NCBI RefSeq assembly: GCF_000002075.1 | Contig: NW_004798006.1 | Span: 254,994 to 318,993 of the forward strand | Direction of reading: 5' to 3' | Source of the DNA: Aplysia californica | Lineage: Eukaryota | Length of the DNA: 64,000 nucleotides | In this document: in pieces, positions 33,163 through 47,700 of the stretch | How positions within the stretch are numbered: the first letter of the stretch is position 1 | Layout: each line of letters opens with the position of its first letter | Notes under the pieces: generated by a model | The model's database searches: none | The model's input: only the letters and a program-made list of their open reading frames with translations | What the model was told of the DNA's origin: nothing | Made by a program: the position numbers and the translations under genes

Positions 33163-36100
33163 TTTTATGTTTGTTACTCTCTTGTGACACCTCTAATCTT
33201 GTGGCGCTCATATGACTTTATGCAGTTGCGAGCGCCGTAAAACCTACGAAAACTTTTTTTAATCCATCTGCCCTTTTTCCGTACGGTATGTTCTTGCAGC
33301 TTTCTCTCCCCTGACTGCTATGGTTATAAATAATGTATTCCTTCTTCCATCGATGATGCGCCTTTCTTACGGTTGTGAAGGAGCAATGCTGTTCCTACAA
33401 AGAAATTCATTCTGATCTGAAACTGCCAATGTTTTCTATCAAACAACTACCGTCTTTGCTCTCTCCTCCTCCTTTTTTATGTGTTACTCTCTAGTGACAC
33501 CTCTGATCTTCGGCACTTTCTGACCTAAGCGTGTTGTAAGTGCCGTAAAACACCTACTACTATACTACTAAAACAAAACAATAGAACTACAGGGCCGCTC
33601 CTATAGCTCAGCAGTTATTATGATCAGTTACGGTGACCTTGGTTTGAATCTGCATGAGAGTGGACATTTTGTAAAGTCTGTGGTGGAACAGTTTGAAGCT
33701 TCCCTGTTGACTTGAATTTGATTCCCAAGATGTAGGGAGAATTTTTATCAAGTTTCTTGATCTGTCTGCTGGGATGTTGTATCCCCCTCAGCCCAGGTTG
33801 GCCCTTTTACTTTCTGTTTTAGTAAGGTTTTACGGCGCTCACAACTGCATAAGGTCATATGAGTGCCAAGGGGTGGATGTCAACAGAGAAGTCTAAATGG
33901 GGAATCAGGCTTACTCTGCTCACCTCTCTAGCCTCAAAAGCGCAAAGTCTACTTTGACTATCAAGGCACCCCAGAAATAGCAGTTCACAAGATAGTGACA
34001 AGCAATTCAAACATATAAAAGAAGTAGAGGAAAAATGACGATAGTAAAGATGAGGAAAGAAAAAGCAGCAGTTCCCAGAGTTTAACTTTATGCCGCCTGC
34101 TAAATGACCTAAATAAAAATGTGTCTATCACTCAGGGTGTAACAAAAACACCTATCACACGGTACAACCCAAAACAAATAACTGAATAAATCATGTTTCA
34201 CTGTCGACAAAAATAAAAATGTAAAGAAAAAAATCAACAAGCAAAGGAATGTCAATTTTGTTTACAAATAATATTTATTTTGGGGACAGGTCAGAGAATA
34301 TATAAGTACCGGTAGCTTGTCTAAACCTTAACTCTTTTCTGGGCAACATTTTTCAGCAACTTGGAAGTGCTCACGCTCTTTGACGTCTACTATACTATAC
34401 TTAAGATCATATATCACCAGCAAACTATCCAACTGTTCTAATCCAAGAAATTCAAATTTTAAACGGAAAGAGGGGGGAACAATTTTTTATTCTTTTAATA
34501 ATTATACTAAAATCACATAGACCTATCTTTTCTTTTTTCTTTTTAAATGTTTAGAATTTTAGAATTTCATTATATTTCTCCACCACATACACAAACCGAT
34601 AACACAGATAGCAAAACTAATACCAGTTAACCATTTTTTTTCCCCTCTAAATTTTGGCCTTGGTACATTTGTTGATCAGCTGGCTGGGGACCTACGGTGG
34701 GTCATACTACTAGGCAGGTGTTATCGTATCACTGGCTCTACACAAGATACTTTAGATACTGTTGCTCCTTCTTTCCTACCAAACATCTATTGGTCAAATT
34801 AATCCTTTCTTTTTATTTACCTGTTGATACTCTCAAGTAACAGCACCCGTACTCTTTGGCACGTACGTATACGTATGACCCATTTGCGATGCAAGTGCCG
34901 ACGAAGAGCTCTTACTCCAACAACAAAATGTTGAATGTGAACAATTCTGAGAGTTAATAATATGAAAGAAATTGCATTGTTGTGTTTATAAACTCCACTT
35001 TTTTTTCAAAATCAATGTAAAAGGCATACATTATAACACATAAACGTACATGGTCAGAACCAGACATCCATGAGTACCGGTACGTGCCTCGCCATCTCTC
35101 GCTGTTCCGTTAGTCCCATTTCTTTCTCCTTTACCGCCCAGCGTGAAAAAAGGTAAGCAGCACTACCCTAGCACTTCTTTCGTGGCCACTCCGCCTTCTT
35201 TCCATTCATTTTGGTAACACAGGGGACCCCCCTCCCACTTTTTCTGTCTCTCTCTCAAACACACACTCACACACACACATGGTCATACGATGGCACACTA
35301 CGTGACCATGAGAGTGACGTTACATTACATCTTCATCATCACAGCAACACACTGTCATTAGTTCCGAACAAAAAAGGGATTTTCATGGCATGCTTCAGAC
35401 AAAAAAATAAACAACAAAACAAACAAAAAAATGAAAAACAAAAACATCATCTGTACAAAAACACTGCTATGGACACACATATGGTACCCCCCCCCCCCCC
35501 CTCTTCAATTTACTCTCCCTATAATTAAAGCATGTGTTTCACTTTTCTGCTCGTTTATACTCGATCATTGCAAATTTTTAATTCCATTGACGCATTTATT
35601 TAGCAGTTCTCTTGGGTGCTTCCAATTAAAATATCTACACAAAAAAATTTCCATTTGACTTAAGTCTAACAGCTGGGAAATGCACACGGAACAGGAACTT
35701 CTGCACACGGGGAATGTGTTCCTAGCACTTAGAAGCAGACGTTTGCACATAACCGTTATTCGCGCCCGTAACCGAGCGGCTATGGGAATGTAGCTTACTG
35801 CAACATCCTTCAAGATATACGCCTGCCAATCACTCCATGACTAACAATTTAAAAAGGAGTTCTATTTTACTCAGAATCCTCCCTAAAGATTGGAGTTTGG
35901 GGAAGGGGGGAGGGGGACGGACAAAAATCAGTCTCCAGATCCCAAGTAGATTAAGCTTATGTACCGAACCGACCGTGGCAAATAAATGTGTACTGTAAAT
36001 AGGCCTACACGCTAACAAAAATGTGCGTAGCGTACCCACAAATAAAAATTGCATTTTCACGTGTACGTTAAGTTACGTTTACTACTACTAAAAACCGATG

Positions 36101-36899
36101 GTAACAGAAATCAAGAGAAAATTTGGGATTTTATGCACATCCAATCAGCTTTCTTTGATCGGCGTCAAATACTCTGAGGGCTCAGATTTTAGCCGAGCAC
36201 CTGGAAGATGAGGGCAGATGACAAAGAGCAACTATGCTGAGCTCAGAACTGACCTGTGCTAATGGTAAAAGAGCCTCAAAGATAAAATAACTTCACCATC
36301 AAATTCCTATAGTTGGGAACAGTAATCCTGCCTGTTCACAATACTACACCTTTCTCCGACAACTTGGACAGCCTATGATACAAGTTTTCCAACGCACCGC
36401 ACAAAGCGACAAAACTAGAACACAGCAGAAGTGGCACATCGACAAAATAACTTTGGGTGGAAATCCGTTACCATTAAACCATTATATTTAAACAAAATCA
36501 AAATAAGGCACCCCCNNNNNNNNNNNNNNNNNNNNNNNNNNNNNNNNNNNNNNNNNNNNNNNNNNNNNNNNNNNNNNNNNNNNNNNNNNNNNNNNNNNNN
36601 NNNNNNNNNNNNNNNCAAAATGTCATCAGCAAACCAGGCCAGCTGGGGACTGGACAGTTCTTTTCTCCAATGACAGTAATTTTATGGGAAAAAAACCCAA
36701 CAAACAAACAAAACACACACACACAAACATCTGTCGACACAGTGGAACCTAAAGCCACCCAATGTCACAATTTAAAAAAGCAAGAGTTACATGACTAGGG
36801 AGTACATGAATCGTATCAAATTGGTGAACATTCTAAAAAAATAGGTAAATGTATATAATATGTGCAGGGTACAAAAAAAAACCACAAACAAAAAAGTCC

Positions 36900-36976
36900 A
36901 TCGTCATCATTATCATCATCACCATTGTCATCATCATCATCATCATCATCGTCGTTATCATCATCGTCATCATCAG
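36900..36976. repeat. (CAT)n microsatellite
   Basis: Source of the spurious poly-H/S/D/M ORFs. Confidence 0.9.
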
Positions 36977-37066
36977 CACGACGACACAGTGAACAATCTG
37001 TACACAAAAGTCGTAACGTCTGCCACAGGACTTCACAGACTACAACAATTACAACAAACTGCAATT

Positions 37067-37498
37067 GTGTCACGACATGGTGGAATCAGGCGCTCATCAA
37101 TTTTTGGGCATGTGGGGTTATTGGTATCATCTGAAAACTTATTCATTTGCCTCGCTTAAAATGAAAAAAAAAAATACCCATCTTGAATAGAAGTCTAGAT
37201 ATTTGCGATTGAAGGCGGTGAAGTCGTCTGGTTTCAGTGGTAAAATTAATGAGAAAATGGCCGTCACAGTTTGGTAACTTCAATAGCTAAAGAGTCCTTG
37301 AAAACTGAAAAGTTACATAACTTGTGCCTTTAAACTAAGTTTTTCATTAAACTTCAAAAGAAAATGTGTTTTCGTACGAACATAAAAGGTGTTTAGCCCC
37401 CCCAAAATGTCGATAAAAATTGCCAAACTGATGGAAAAATTACTTTTTCTCCAATTTCATAATTTTGCTGAGCGCCTGATTTCACCACGAAGCCTCAC
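37067..37498 (+). mobile_element. ~440-bp MITE with GTG...CAC termini and 4-bp AWWT TSD (Sola1-like); copies at 1-403, 18115-18554, 38741-39188, 45960-46250 (partial), 47325-47767, 50664-51108, 63481-63919
   Basis: Imperfect ~30-bp TIRs (GGTGGAATCAGGCGCTC / GAGCGCCTGATTTCACC); TSD AATT here and AAAT at 38741-39188. Confidence 0.85.
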
Positions 37499-40400
37499 AA
37501 TTATTCTTGTCGACGATGTGGGGACTGGGGTGAGCAAATCTATTACAATAATAATAATAACAATAATTGCATTTACATAAACGCATATTTGTGCTATACA
37601 GCACGCTCTATGCATTTTACAACAATTTTTGCCCCCACCAGACCCTTCGAAAACACGACTCTGAAATATTCTCAGCTTCCCGGGAAGCATACAGTGTAAG
37701 CTGCGGATTACATACCCTAAAACAAACACACTGGCAAGATACACAAGAGATCTTTCTCTGTCTATAGACAGGTACCTTTTCCCACCTAGATAGATCAAGT
37801 GAGGAAAATTCACATGATAAAGGGCCTTTCCCTAAGGACACAATGTCGGGCCCTTGCCGGGATTCGAACCAACAACCTTAAGGTTAAAGAGTCTGAGAAC
37901 CTATCGTACAGCCTTGCTGCTGCCAGTAAACCCTGACGCTAGACACCCTGTCTGCCCGCAGCGATCTTGAGCTCACAACAGAAAAGTCAACTTCGACCTT
38001 ACAAGTTACAATAGTGCCGGCTGATCAGGCCAAGATTCCAACCCCGGTTTAGAAATCGCTTCCAACTTCCAATATAAACATGGATAACAGTGAAATACAC
38101 ATGCACAAAGTCCCTCAGGCCAGGAAAGAAATTGCTTCAGTAAAACTTGTGCACAAGGGAGAAAAAAATGTAACAACACGCATGTACACTCTGCCATAAG
38201 CCTACAACAAAAAACAGCATTTTTTTCATTTTAGAGCCAAAATTTTTTTTGTGCTAAAATTGAAAACCTGATCAGTTACCCTACAAGTATGAAAAAAACC
38301 ACAGTGAAACAGCGACCAGTTTTCAAATAAATTAGAATTTAAATATCGGAATCGCTCTATTTTTAAAATGGTTACGCTGACAAAAAAAACCCCTCTTTTT
38401 CTCGAAACTGCCGTGAAGAAAAAAAGGACATGCACACAATGAAATACACATTCACAATCCTTCCACCAGTATTTTAAAATGAGCGACGGGGCTGGCTGGC
38501 TGGCACAAAAAGAGAATTTCTTAACAATTCAATAAAAACATGCAAAGGAGTATTGTAGATATTTTTATGCTGGATGCCATCTGCAACATGACGAAGACAA
38601 CAGAGGTGAAAAGGCAATCCTCAAAGACAACAACAATCGCATTTTGGCCGCCATTCCAAGCAAACATTTTGTTTTAAACATTACATTTCACCAGTGAACT
38701 GATTCTTCAACCTGCATTTTAAAAAAATAAATAAATAAATGGGAGGCAGCGTGGTGAAATCAGGCACTCGTCAAAATAATCAAATCAAAGAGATACCTGC
38801 ATTTTTTTTAGCTGATGGGCAATTTTTTTTCTACTTCTCTTTTTTTCTGACTCAACCATTTTAAGTCCATTTAAAAACACAATTTTGTGTGGATTTTACT
38901 GAAAAACATTGATTAAAGGCACAAAAAAAGTAAATTTTCAGTTTCCAGGGACTCTCAGGTTATGGAAGTTAACAAACTTTGGCGGCCATTTTCTCGCCAA
39001 TTTTACCTCTGAAACCAGACAACCCTGACCTCTTTCAATCGCAAATAATTTGACTTCTCTTCAACATAGATAAATCATTTTTTTTTAACCAAAAGGAAAG
39101 CAAATGAGCAGGCTTTAAGATGATACCAATAACCTCATATGCCCGAAATTTGGCGGGCGCCCGATTCTACCACGTCACGTCGTGACACAAATAACCAAAA
39201 GCCGTTTCACAATTTTAGCTCAGCTAAGCTGAACCAGTCTTCAAGACTAGGACATTTCAGAATCAACGACTCTCAGGACAAGTTGAACAGGTGTTTAGGG
39301 TCAGAACTACCCGACTTCCTTCACACCTGATATGTGATCACACGGTACCGTATGAGTCTAACGCCACTTTCAACACTGTTCGCTTGGGTACATATAATAT
39401 AAAACTTGAACAAAGACCAGGTCAGAAAAGAGAATTGGGCAAAAGAAATGTGCTTGAAGGAATTCGAATCAATCAGATCTACACTGCTATAAACCATCAC
39501 TCTAGTACCCTTCTCTCAGAAAGGGGAAAAAATTATTTTTTTTTAAAAACAAAAAAAAACAAGCTTCTTCTAAAAAATAAAAAAACTGATCAGAAAGAAC
39601 AGAGGACAAAGCTACAACAATACAATCAGAAGAGCAGGTGGTTTTCCCTGTGACAGACCACCATTTAACTACGGGCTCCCTGTAAGTGCTTCACATAAAT
39701 ATTAGCTTAGAAAATACCTAAAGGCTAAAATCTATCAAATCCGGAATTATTGTTAAACTTTCACTTCAGACCTTCACCTATCTGCGTACTAAAAGCCCTC
39801 GTGAACTTTTCCAGGTTCATCAATGGTAGTACAGAAAAATCTCAAGATTGGGAAATCCAATCTCAACTCAACATAACAATAATAACTTGCAGCATCATTT
39901 CACGGGATTGCCCACTCAGAAAATATCCAGGCAACAAATAAAAAGTGTACGTATGGGAAAGAAAAGAAAAAACCAAAAAAACAGCGCAGTGTCCAAAAGA
40001 ATATAAAGAAATAAAACAGCATAAAGCATAAATCAGATCATCAAAGGGAACTGTCGGGAAATTAAAACTGCATCAACTCGACACAAACTCGACGTGTGTG
40101 TGTACATATATACTCTTGTGACCAGCAGAACTGATGAGGTAACCAGGAAGAAAATCATTTTTCTTTAAAAAAAAAAAAAAGGTGATGAACAAAAACATGA
40201 TTTCTTCATATTCACTCAATATAACTGAAAGAACAATTCCTCCCTCCTCCTATTGTTGCACAAATAACACGTCCGCGTGGAGGAGGAGGCAGGTGGAGTC
40301 GACTCGCGGGACATATCTGGCACATGGGCCGTGCGTGGTTTGCCCAAATCTGATCTGCACTCTCTTCATCCCTCTAGAGTCTATACCTTTATCAATACCT

Positions 40401-41744
40401 CTCTCAAGATCTCTCTCTAGCCCACAGAAAGCATGATCTACACTCACTTAATCCCTCTATACCTCTCTCAAGATCTCCCTCTAACCCACGGAGAGCTTGA
40501 TTTACACTTTCTCCATCCCTCTGTACCTTTCTCAATACCTCTCTCAATATCTCCCTCTAACCTACAGAAAGTCTTTAGGAACTAGAGACCCTCTCTACTT
40601 TTTTCATTGAACACCCCCCCNNNNNNNNNNNNNNNNNNNNNNNNNNNNNNNNNNNNNNNNNNNNNNNNNNNNNNNNNNNNNNNNNNNNNNNNNNNNNNNN
40701 NNNNNNNNNNNNNNNNNNNNCCCACCAACCCTCCTCCTCCTTTTCCAAACCAATACTAAAAGAAGGAAGAGTTTTAAAAATCTGCACTCCCATGAAATTA
40801 CGGTACGGAAAATGCTTTGAGAGTTGCGCACCCATCAGGAGAGCTCTCCCTGCCTCTTGTGATATCATCTCTGTAACGTACTGACTGGATTTCAGAATAC
40901 TCGAAATGTGAGATGAGATCAGGACAAAGCGAAATGTGGCAACGCGAAATGAGAACAAAATCAGCAGCAGCGGCACTACAGAGGCTTCAGAAGGAGAAGA
41001 TTTGGTTATTTGGTTATCTGGGTTTCTGTCTCAGCCTTCACCGAGCAAACCGTGTACAAATAATATAACGGATGGATGACAAAAGAACGTAGTCAACTGT
41101 TACACACGTGTGTTCAGCCACTCTCAGGACCAGGGAAGATTTTCAGAATATCACATCTTTTAACTTTCAATAACACACCCCGCCCACACACCCACCCACC
41201 CACCCATCCCTGAAACTAGGACTTTTATATGAAAACAGCGCAGCGCCTTTCAGCTCACACAAATGTTTTCATCCATCTCTTCAAAGACACGTAAGTTGAA
41301 CCCACTGTAAAGGCAACCTGTCCAAGACAATCACCTGCACAACTCCCCCCCCCCCCCCCCCCCCCTTGCATCTTTTTTATACGGTAAAGATACTGTCCAA
41401 GACATCCACCTGTCTAAAACAAGCACTGTTCTCCTCGAAAGCAAATGGCAGCCTCAGACAATGTCGACCGTTTTCTTTCTTTGAGACACGGGGCGCGGCG
41501 ACAATTCTTCTCAGATTCCAACAATACCACGTATCATATCCGGATCTGGGGGCTTCTATTTACCACTGACCACACCCCAAGTCTACCTTGATTATTTCAG
41601 TCGCTTACTTTCAATAACGGTTACTTTCTAATTGTTGGTTTTTTATTTTTTATTGTTTTGTTTTGCATATGACTTAACAACATCTCCCTGAAGTAAGTGC
41701 ACATTTGCTGACAGTCGGAGGAGGGCCATGGGTCCGAGCGGCTC

Positions 41745-41774
41745 TCAGTGGCAGATTCTTTCAGTCATTTCTCT
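41745..41774 (-). CDS. MOB3: MOB3 exon 7 (to TGA)
   Basis: REMTERICH*. Confidence 0.92.
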   Translation of the reverse strand, partial: REMTERICH

Positions 41775-44700
41775 CTGTGGGGGACAGAAAAGATAAGATA
41801 AGATAAGGAAAGATAAGATAAGGTAAGACAAGGAAAGATAAGACAAGATAAGACAAGGAAAGATTAGATAAGATAAGACAAGGAAAGATAAGATAAGATA
41901 AGACAAGATAAGACAAGGAATGATAAGATAAGATAAGATAACATAAGATAAGATAGTACTTTATTATCCCAGAGGGAAATTTTTCCTTGGCTGTACAGGA
42001 CCGTAAAAACACATGCAGGTATACATAAAAAAATTTAAATTATATATATTACTCTCATTAAAATTCAATATGAAAGGAGAAGTAAAGCTGACAAATGTAC
42101 ATTTACATCAAATGCATCATTCAACCACATGCAGGAATTTAAATACTAAACCTTTGGAGTTATATACAGATACATACTCTAAGAGCAACACACATAACTA
42201 ACAAACAAACAAACAAAATTCACAAACTGAATTCCGAGCAAGGAAATAACCAGCTTCAAACAGATGGCAAACTTTCTCCTGTGTCAATGGGCTTTTTCTC
42301 AAAGCATGATTCTCTTGCAGTCATGTTTTTAGTTTTTAGTTCTAGTAAGAGTTTTATCACACTTGCAACTCAAGCAGTGCTGATAATGAGAAAAAGTCAA
42401 AAAAGAGGAAAATATTCCGACCCCGATGCCATCCTGAAATTTCAACATAGAACTCTAATGCTAACTACAATAATATAACACATACCTTTACTTTTGTAGT
42501 AATATTTTGGAAACAACAAAAAAAGCGGAAAACCACGGAAAACTATCAGCACTGAATAAGGTCATATAAGTGTTAAAGATTGGAGGCGCTACAAGAGAGT
42601 AACACTACACAAAAAATAGGGAGGAGAGATAAGAATGAGACATGTCTAACCAGCAAGAAGGAGCAAACCAAACCAGAGCACCCGCCAACCACTCACAGTG
42701 AGAGTATCACAGCACTTGCAACACAAATAGATCATAAAAAGTGCCAAAGATTAGAGGTGTTACAAGAAAGTGACATACAAAGAACAAAAAGTTTAAGTTT
42801 TAGTAGAAGTTTTACGGCGCTCGCGACTGCATAAGGTCATATGAGCGCCAACCACCGACAAACCTTCCAAATACCCACCCACCAACCTTCCAAATACCCA
42901 CCCACCCACAAACCTTCCAAATACCCACCCACCCACCCGCCAAGCACCAACATGGACACCCCCCCCACTCACCAAGCACCCACATGGACACCCCCCCCCC
43001 CACTCACCAAAGGCTCCAGTTCTTTCTTGTCTATCAGGTTGTACTCAGACACAAAATAGTAGAAGTGTTTGTAGCACGTGTTCACATGGGCCTCCTGTTG
43101 ACCATACAACACACACACTCGTCAGTACAACCAAAAAACCTTCCTTAATAATAAGAAATGACATTTATATAGCGCTCAACCCCGAATAAAGTCAGTTTGG
43201 AACTCTCTTCCCCAACCCTTGAGACATACAACATCTGAGTCTAAATTTAAGAAATCTTTAAAGACACATTTAATGACATCCTTTTTATGTCAGTAGATTC
43301 ATGTTCGGTACAATGTTATGTGAATGACTATGTATCCATTTATGTATTTTGTGAATTGCTTTGTGTATATTATTTTATGCTCATTTCGTGACGATGTGTA
43401 AGCGAGNNNNNNNNNNNNNNNNNNNNNNNNNNNNNNNNNNNNNNNNNNNNNNNNNNNNNNNNNNNNNNNNNNNNNNNNNNNNNNNNNNNNNNNNNNNNNN
43501 NNNNNNNNNNNNNNNNNNNNNNNNNNNNNNNNNNNNNNNNNNNNNNNNNNNNNNNNNNNNNNNNNNNNNNNNNNNNNNNNNNNNNNNNNNNNTAGCGTGT
43601 GTGAATATTGTTTGTACATGCATTTACATAAAGCGCCTAGAGCTGTGTTTACACGGGAGTGGGCGCTATAGAAATGATCTTCATTATTATTATTATTATT
43701 ATAACGTACACAGGCTCTGAGCGCTTTACAATACAGTACAACATACAACAGTAACATGAAACGTTGTGTTCTGACTAAAGAAAATTATTCCAAATATTCA
43801 TCTTATTAATTTAAAAACAGAAACGACTTTCAACACAAGCTAACACAATCGTTAATTACTGGAAGAAAGGAAAACCCAACGGCCACTTTAGGCCACACAA
43901 TCCCTCCCTCCCTCCTCCTCTTCCTCCATGTTCCAAACCCTTGGATCTGAAAATTCCTAAAATAGCATTCCAAACACAATTGGGTAATTACACAAACACA
44001 AAAGATCTGGACTATCTAGTTTAAGTAAGAGTTTTACGGCACTTGCAACACAGTGGCGAAGATTAGAGGTGTTACAAGAGAGTAACAAACGCAAAAAAGG
44101 TGGAGGAGAAAGAAAGAAGACAGATTTTGATAGGAAAAAAGGAGGAAACCACACCAGAGCACCCACCAACCACCCACACACAAGAACGGAGATTAAGAGA
44201 ACCAAAAGCTACCCCCCCCCCCCCCACTTTGTTCCCAATCCTTTGATCAGAAAATTCCTAAAGTAGCATTCCAAACACAATTAGGTAATTATCAAGTGAG
44301 TGTTTTATGGCACTTGCAACACAGTGAGGTCATTTAAGTGCTGAAGATTAGAGGTGTAACAAGAGAGTAACAAACACAAAAGGAGGAGAGATAAGGACAA
44401 TAGATGTTTGATACGAAAGTAGGAGAAAACCACATCAGAGCACCCGCCAACCACCCACCAATCGGGTAATTACACAGACAAGATCTGTGCTGTTTAGTTT
44501 TAGTAACAGTTTTCAGGCACTTGCAGTACAAATTGGGGGCTCCAGTGGCTAAGTGAGTTGTGAGTTGAGACTCAAAAGTAAAGTCAAGCACATGTCAGCG
44601 ACTCGGGATTTAGGTCGGTGGTCAGTGGGGCGTGTATCCTTGAGCAATACACGACAACTCTTTTTAGTTTAGTAGGGGTTTTTCGGCGCTTGCAACTGCG

Positions 44701-47700
44701 TAAGGTCATATGAGCGCCAGAAGATTAGAGCTGTTACAAGAGAGTAACAAACATAAAAAAGATAAAGGGGAGATAAGGACGATAGATGTTTGATAGGAAA
44801 GAAGAAGTAAACCACACCAGAGCACCCGCCAACCACCCACGACAAACCTTAGTGGCGACCAGCAATGGCATGTATGTGAAATTGTGAACTGTACTGATGG
44901 AATATCGTGTATTTATTTATGTACGCATCTAAGTAGGTATTTCTAATAATTTACATATATATTCATGTGCGCCATTGTAACCCAAATTTCCCAACAGGGA
45001 TAAAAAAATATATAACTTATTATTACTTATTTATTTAATAAGCCATGTAAGTGCCGAGGATTAGACGTGTTACTAAAGAACAAAAAAACAAAGAAAAGAA
45101 GGAGGAGAGAAAAAAACATTATATGTTTGATAGGAGAAAAGGAGCAAACAACACCAGAGCACCCGCAAACCACCCACATCTGACCAGTTTTTAGTTTTAG
45201 TAAGCGTTTTATGGCACTGGCAACACAATTAGGTCATATAAGTGCCGAAGATTACAGGTGTTACCAGAGAGTAACAAACATAAAAAAGAAAGAGGAGAGA
45301 AAAAGACGACAGTTTTTTTATACGAAAGAAGGAACACAAACTACACCAGAGCACCCACCAACCACCCACATCTGACCTCTGACTATTCTCAACAAAGCAA
45401 ACAACTCAAACAGCGTGGACTTTTAAAAAATATAAATAAAAATATTTTTAAAAAGACGTGTGAACTCACAGCCCCAATAGCGAGAAGTTTGTCAAAGTGG
45501 TGGATGTACACGTGAACAAACACGCGGAACAGCCTCTTCAGAATCTTTTTGGCAATGCTCAGATAGTTCCTGGGGAAAGGTTTTCCTGCGGATGACAAAC
45601 AGACAGACAAATTGAGGAAAAAGTGCAAGTTATGAAACTGAATTCTGGGAACCTCATTAAAATAAACGTACGTCATCACATTGAATTCTGTGAACTAAAT
45701 GTGTATGCTGCCAAGAAACAGTGATGATTTCAGAAGGTAGAGGAACCATGCGAGTGCAAAATTAATCAAGTTACCCAGGGATAACGAGGTAACATGTTGA
45801 ATTACTGTAAGATTTCTTTTTCTCTTCATATTGCAATTCTTTTTTATACGTGTAAAAGTAATATATAATTTAAAATATGCATAAAGTGCATCTATGTGTT
45901 TTTATCATTCCCGTATTGCAATTTCCCATAGGGACATTTGTATTGCTTTAATTAATTCATTTATCTTGAATAGAAGTCGAGATATTTTCTATTGTAGGAG
46001 GTAGGGTGAGAAATGGCTGCCAAAGTCAGGGGACTTCTAAAGCTTGAGTATCCTACGAAACTGCAAATTTACATTTATTTTGGGCCTTTGACCAAAGTTT
46101 TCAAGTAAAATCCACACAGAAATGTGGTTTCATTGGACATAAAAGGAGTTGAGCTCCAAAACAAAAACTACAAAAAAAACCTGCACGATGGGCGAAAAAT
46201 TGCCAGTGTCTTCGATTTCATAACTTTGACGCAAGCTCTATGCACTTTACTTTCACAATTTATACTATTACCCCAGAAGACCTGAGAGCACCCTGAAACA
46301 ACTTCAACTTCCAGGGAAGCATACAGTGCAAGCAGCCATTTACAGGCGCTACAACACAAATATATTGACTAGACCTTTCCCTGTCTAAGGTCGGATACCA
46401 TTCCCACCTGGGTGAAGTGAGCAAAATTTGTGTCAGGTGTATTTCCCCAGAACACAACGTTGGGCCCGCGGCTCAAACCCCCGAACCCACAACCTTACGA
46501 TTACGAGTCTGGTAACCTAACCACTAGGCTGTCCCTCTCCTTCTCCTCATTCATCTTTAAATAGACATCCCGGTCTCTATCGTTGAGGCTGCTGTTTGCC
46601 ACAGGTCCACCAGCTCCACGACAGGTTTAAGTCTCCTTGCCAAGGCGCGACCTTAGAATTACATGACAAAGTTCTATCTGACATTTTTTAGCCGTTTTGA
46701 GTTATGAAGACCATTTGGTCAGAAACCAAATGTTCTTTCTTCTCTATCAAAATCGTAAGATTATTCGTCGGAGTCATTAGCAAGATATACTATGTGGCAT
46801 CGGTGGCCTAGTGGTTAGGCTCTCGGACTCGTAACCGTAAGGTCATGGGTTCGAATCCCGTCAGGGGCCCGACGTTGTGTCCTTGGGAAAGGCACTTTAC
46901 ACGAATTTTCCTCACTTCACCTAGGTGGGAATGGGTACCCGGCTATAGACAGCAAAAGATCTTGTCAGTTTGTTAGTGTCTGAGCACTTAATCAGCTGCT
47001 TGCACTGTATGCTTCCCGGGAAGCTGAGAATGTTTCAGAGTGTTCATTGGTCTGCTGGGGTAATAATATAGTGTAAAGCGCATAGAGCCTGCTGTTGAGT
47101 GGGGATATGCTCTATACAAATGCTATTTATTATTATTATTATTATTATATTCAAAGTATTTCATTTGAAATAGCTTGACACGTTGCGAAATGCAAAACTT
47201 TTAAAGTCAAATTTCTCAAAACTATGTGCTGAGCAGATAAAACTTTGTAATTCTAGTGCAGCAAAGGGATGGGGCAACAATAATTCCTTCTAAGTGCTTC
47301 CCGAACCCTCTGTCTGGATGATATGTGAGGCAGCTTGGAGAAATCTGACGCTCAAATTGAAATTATTGAAATCAAAGAAACCGGTATATTTATGGCCGCT
47401 GGGGATTTTTTTCGAATTTTTTAAAAAACTCAATACCTTTTATGTCCATTTAAAAACACATTTCAGGGTATATTTTACCGAAATACATTGATTGCAGCCA
47501 AAAAAAAGAATGAAAATCTGCTGTTTCGAAGGACACTTAATCATTGAAAGTCACCAAACTTTGGCAGTCATTTCCTGGCTAATTTTACCTCTGACACAAT
47601 GCCACCCCAACCTCCTTCAATCGCAAATTTCTCAACTCTTATTCGAGATAGATGGATATTTTTTCCAAAAAAAAGCAAGACAAATGAACAGTCTTTGAGA

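Noticed and set aside
36833-37159. His-, Ser-, Asp- or Met-rich proteins
   Set aside because: Translations of a (CAT)n microsatellite.
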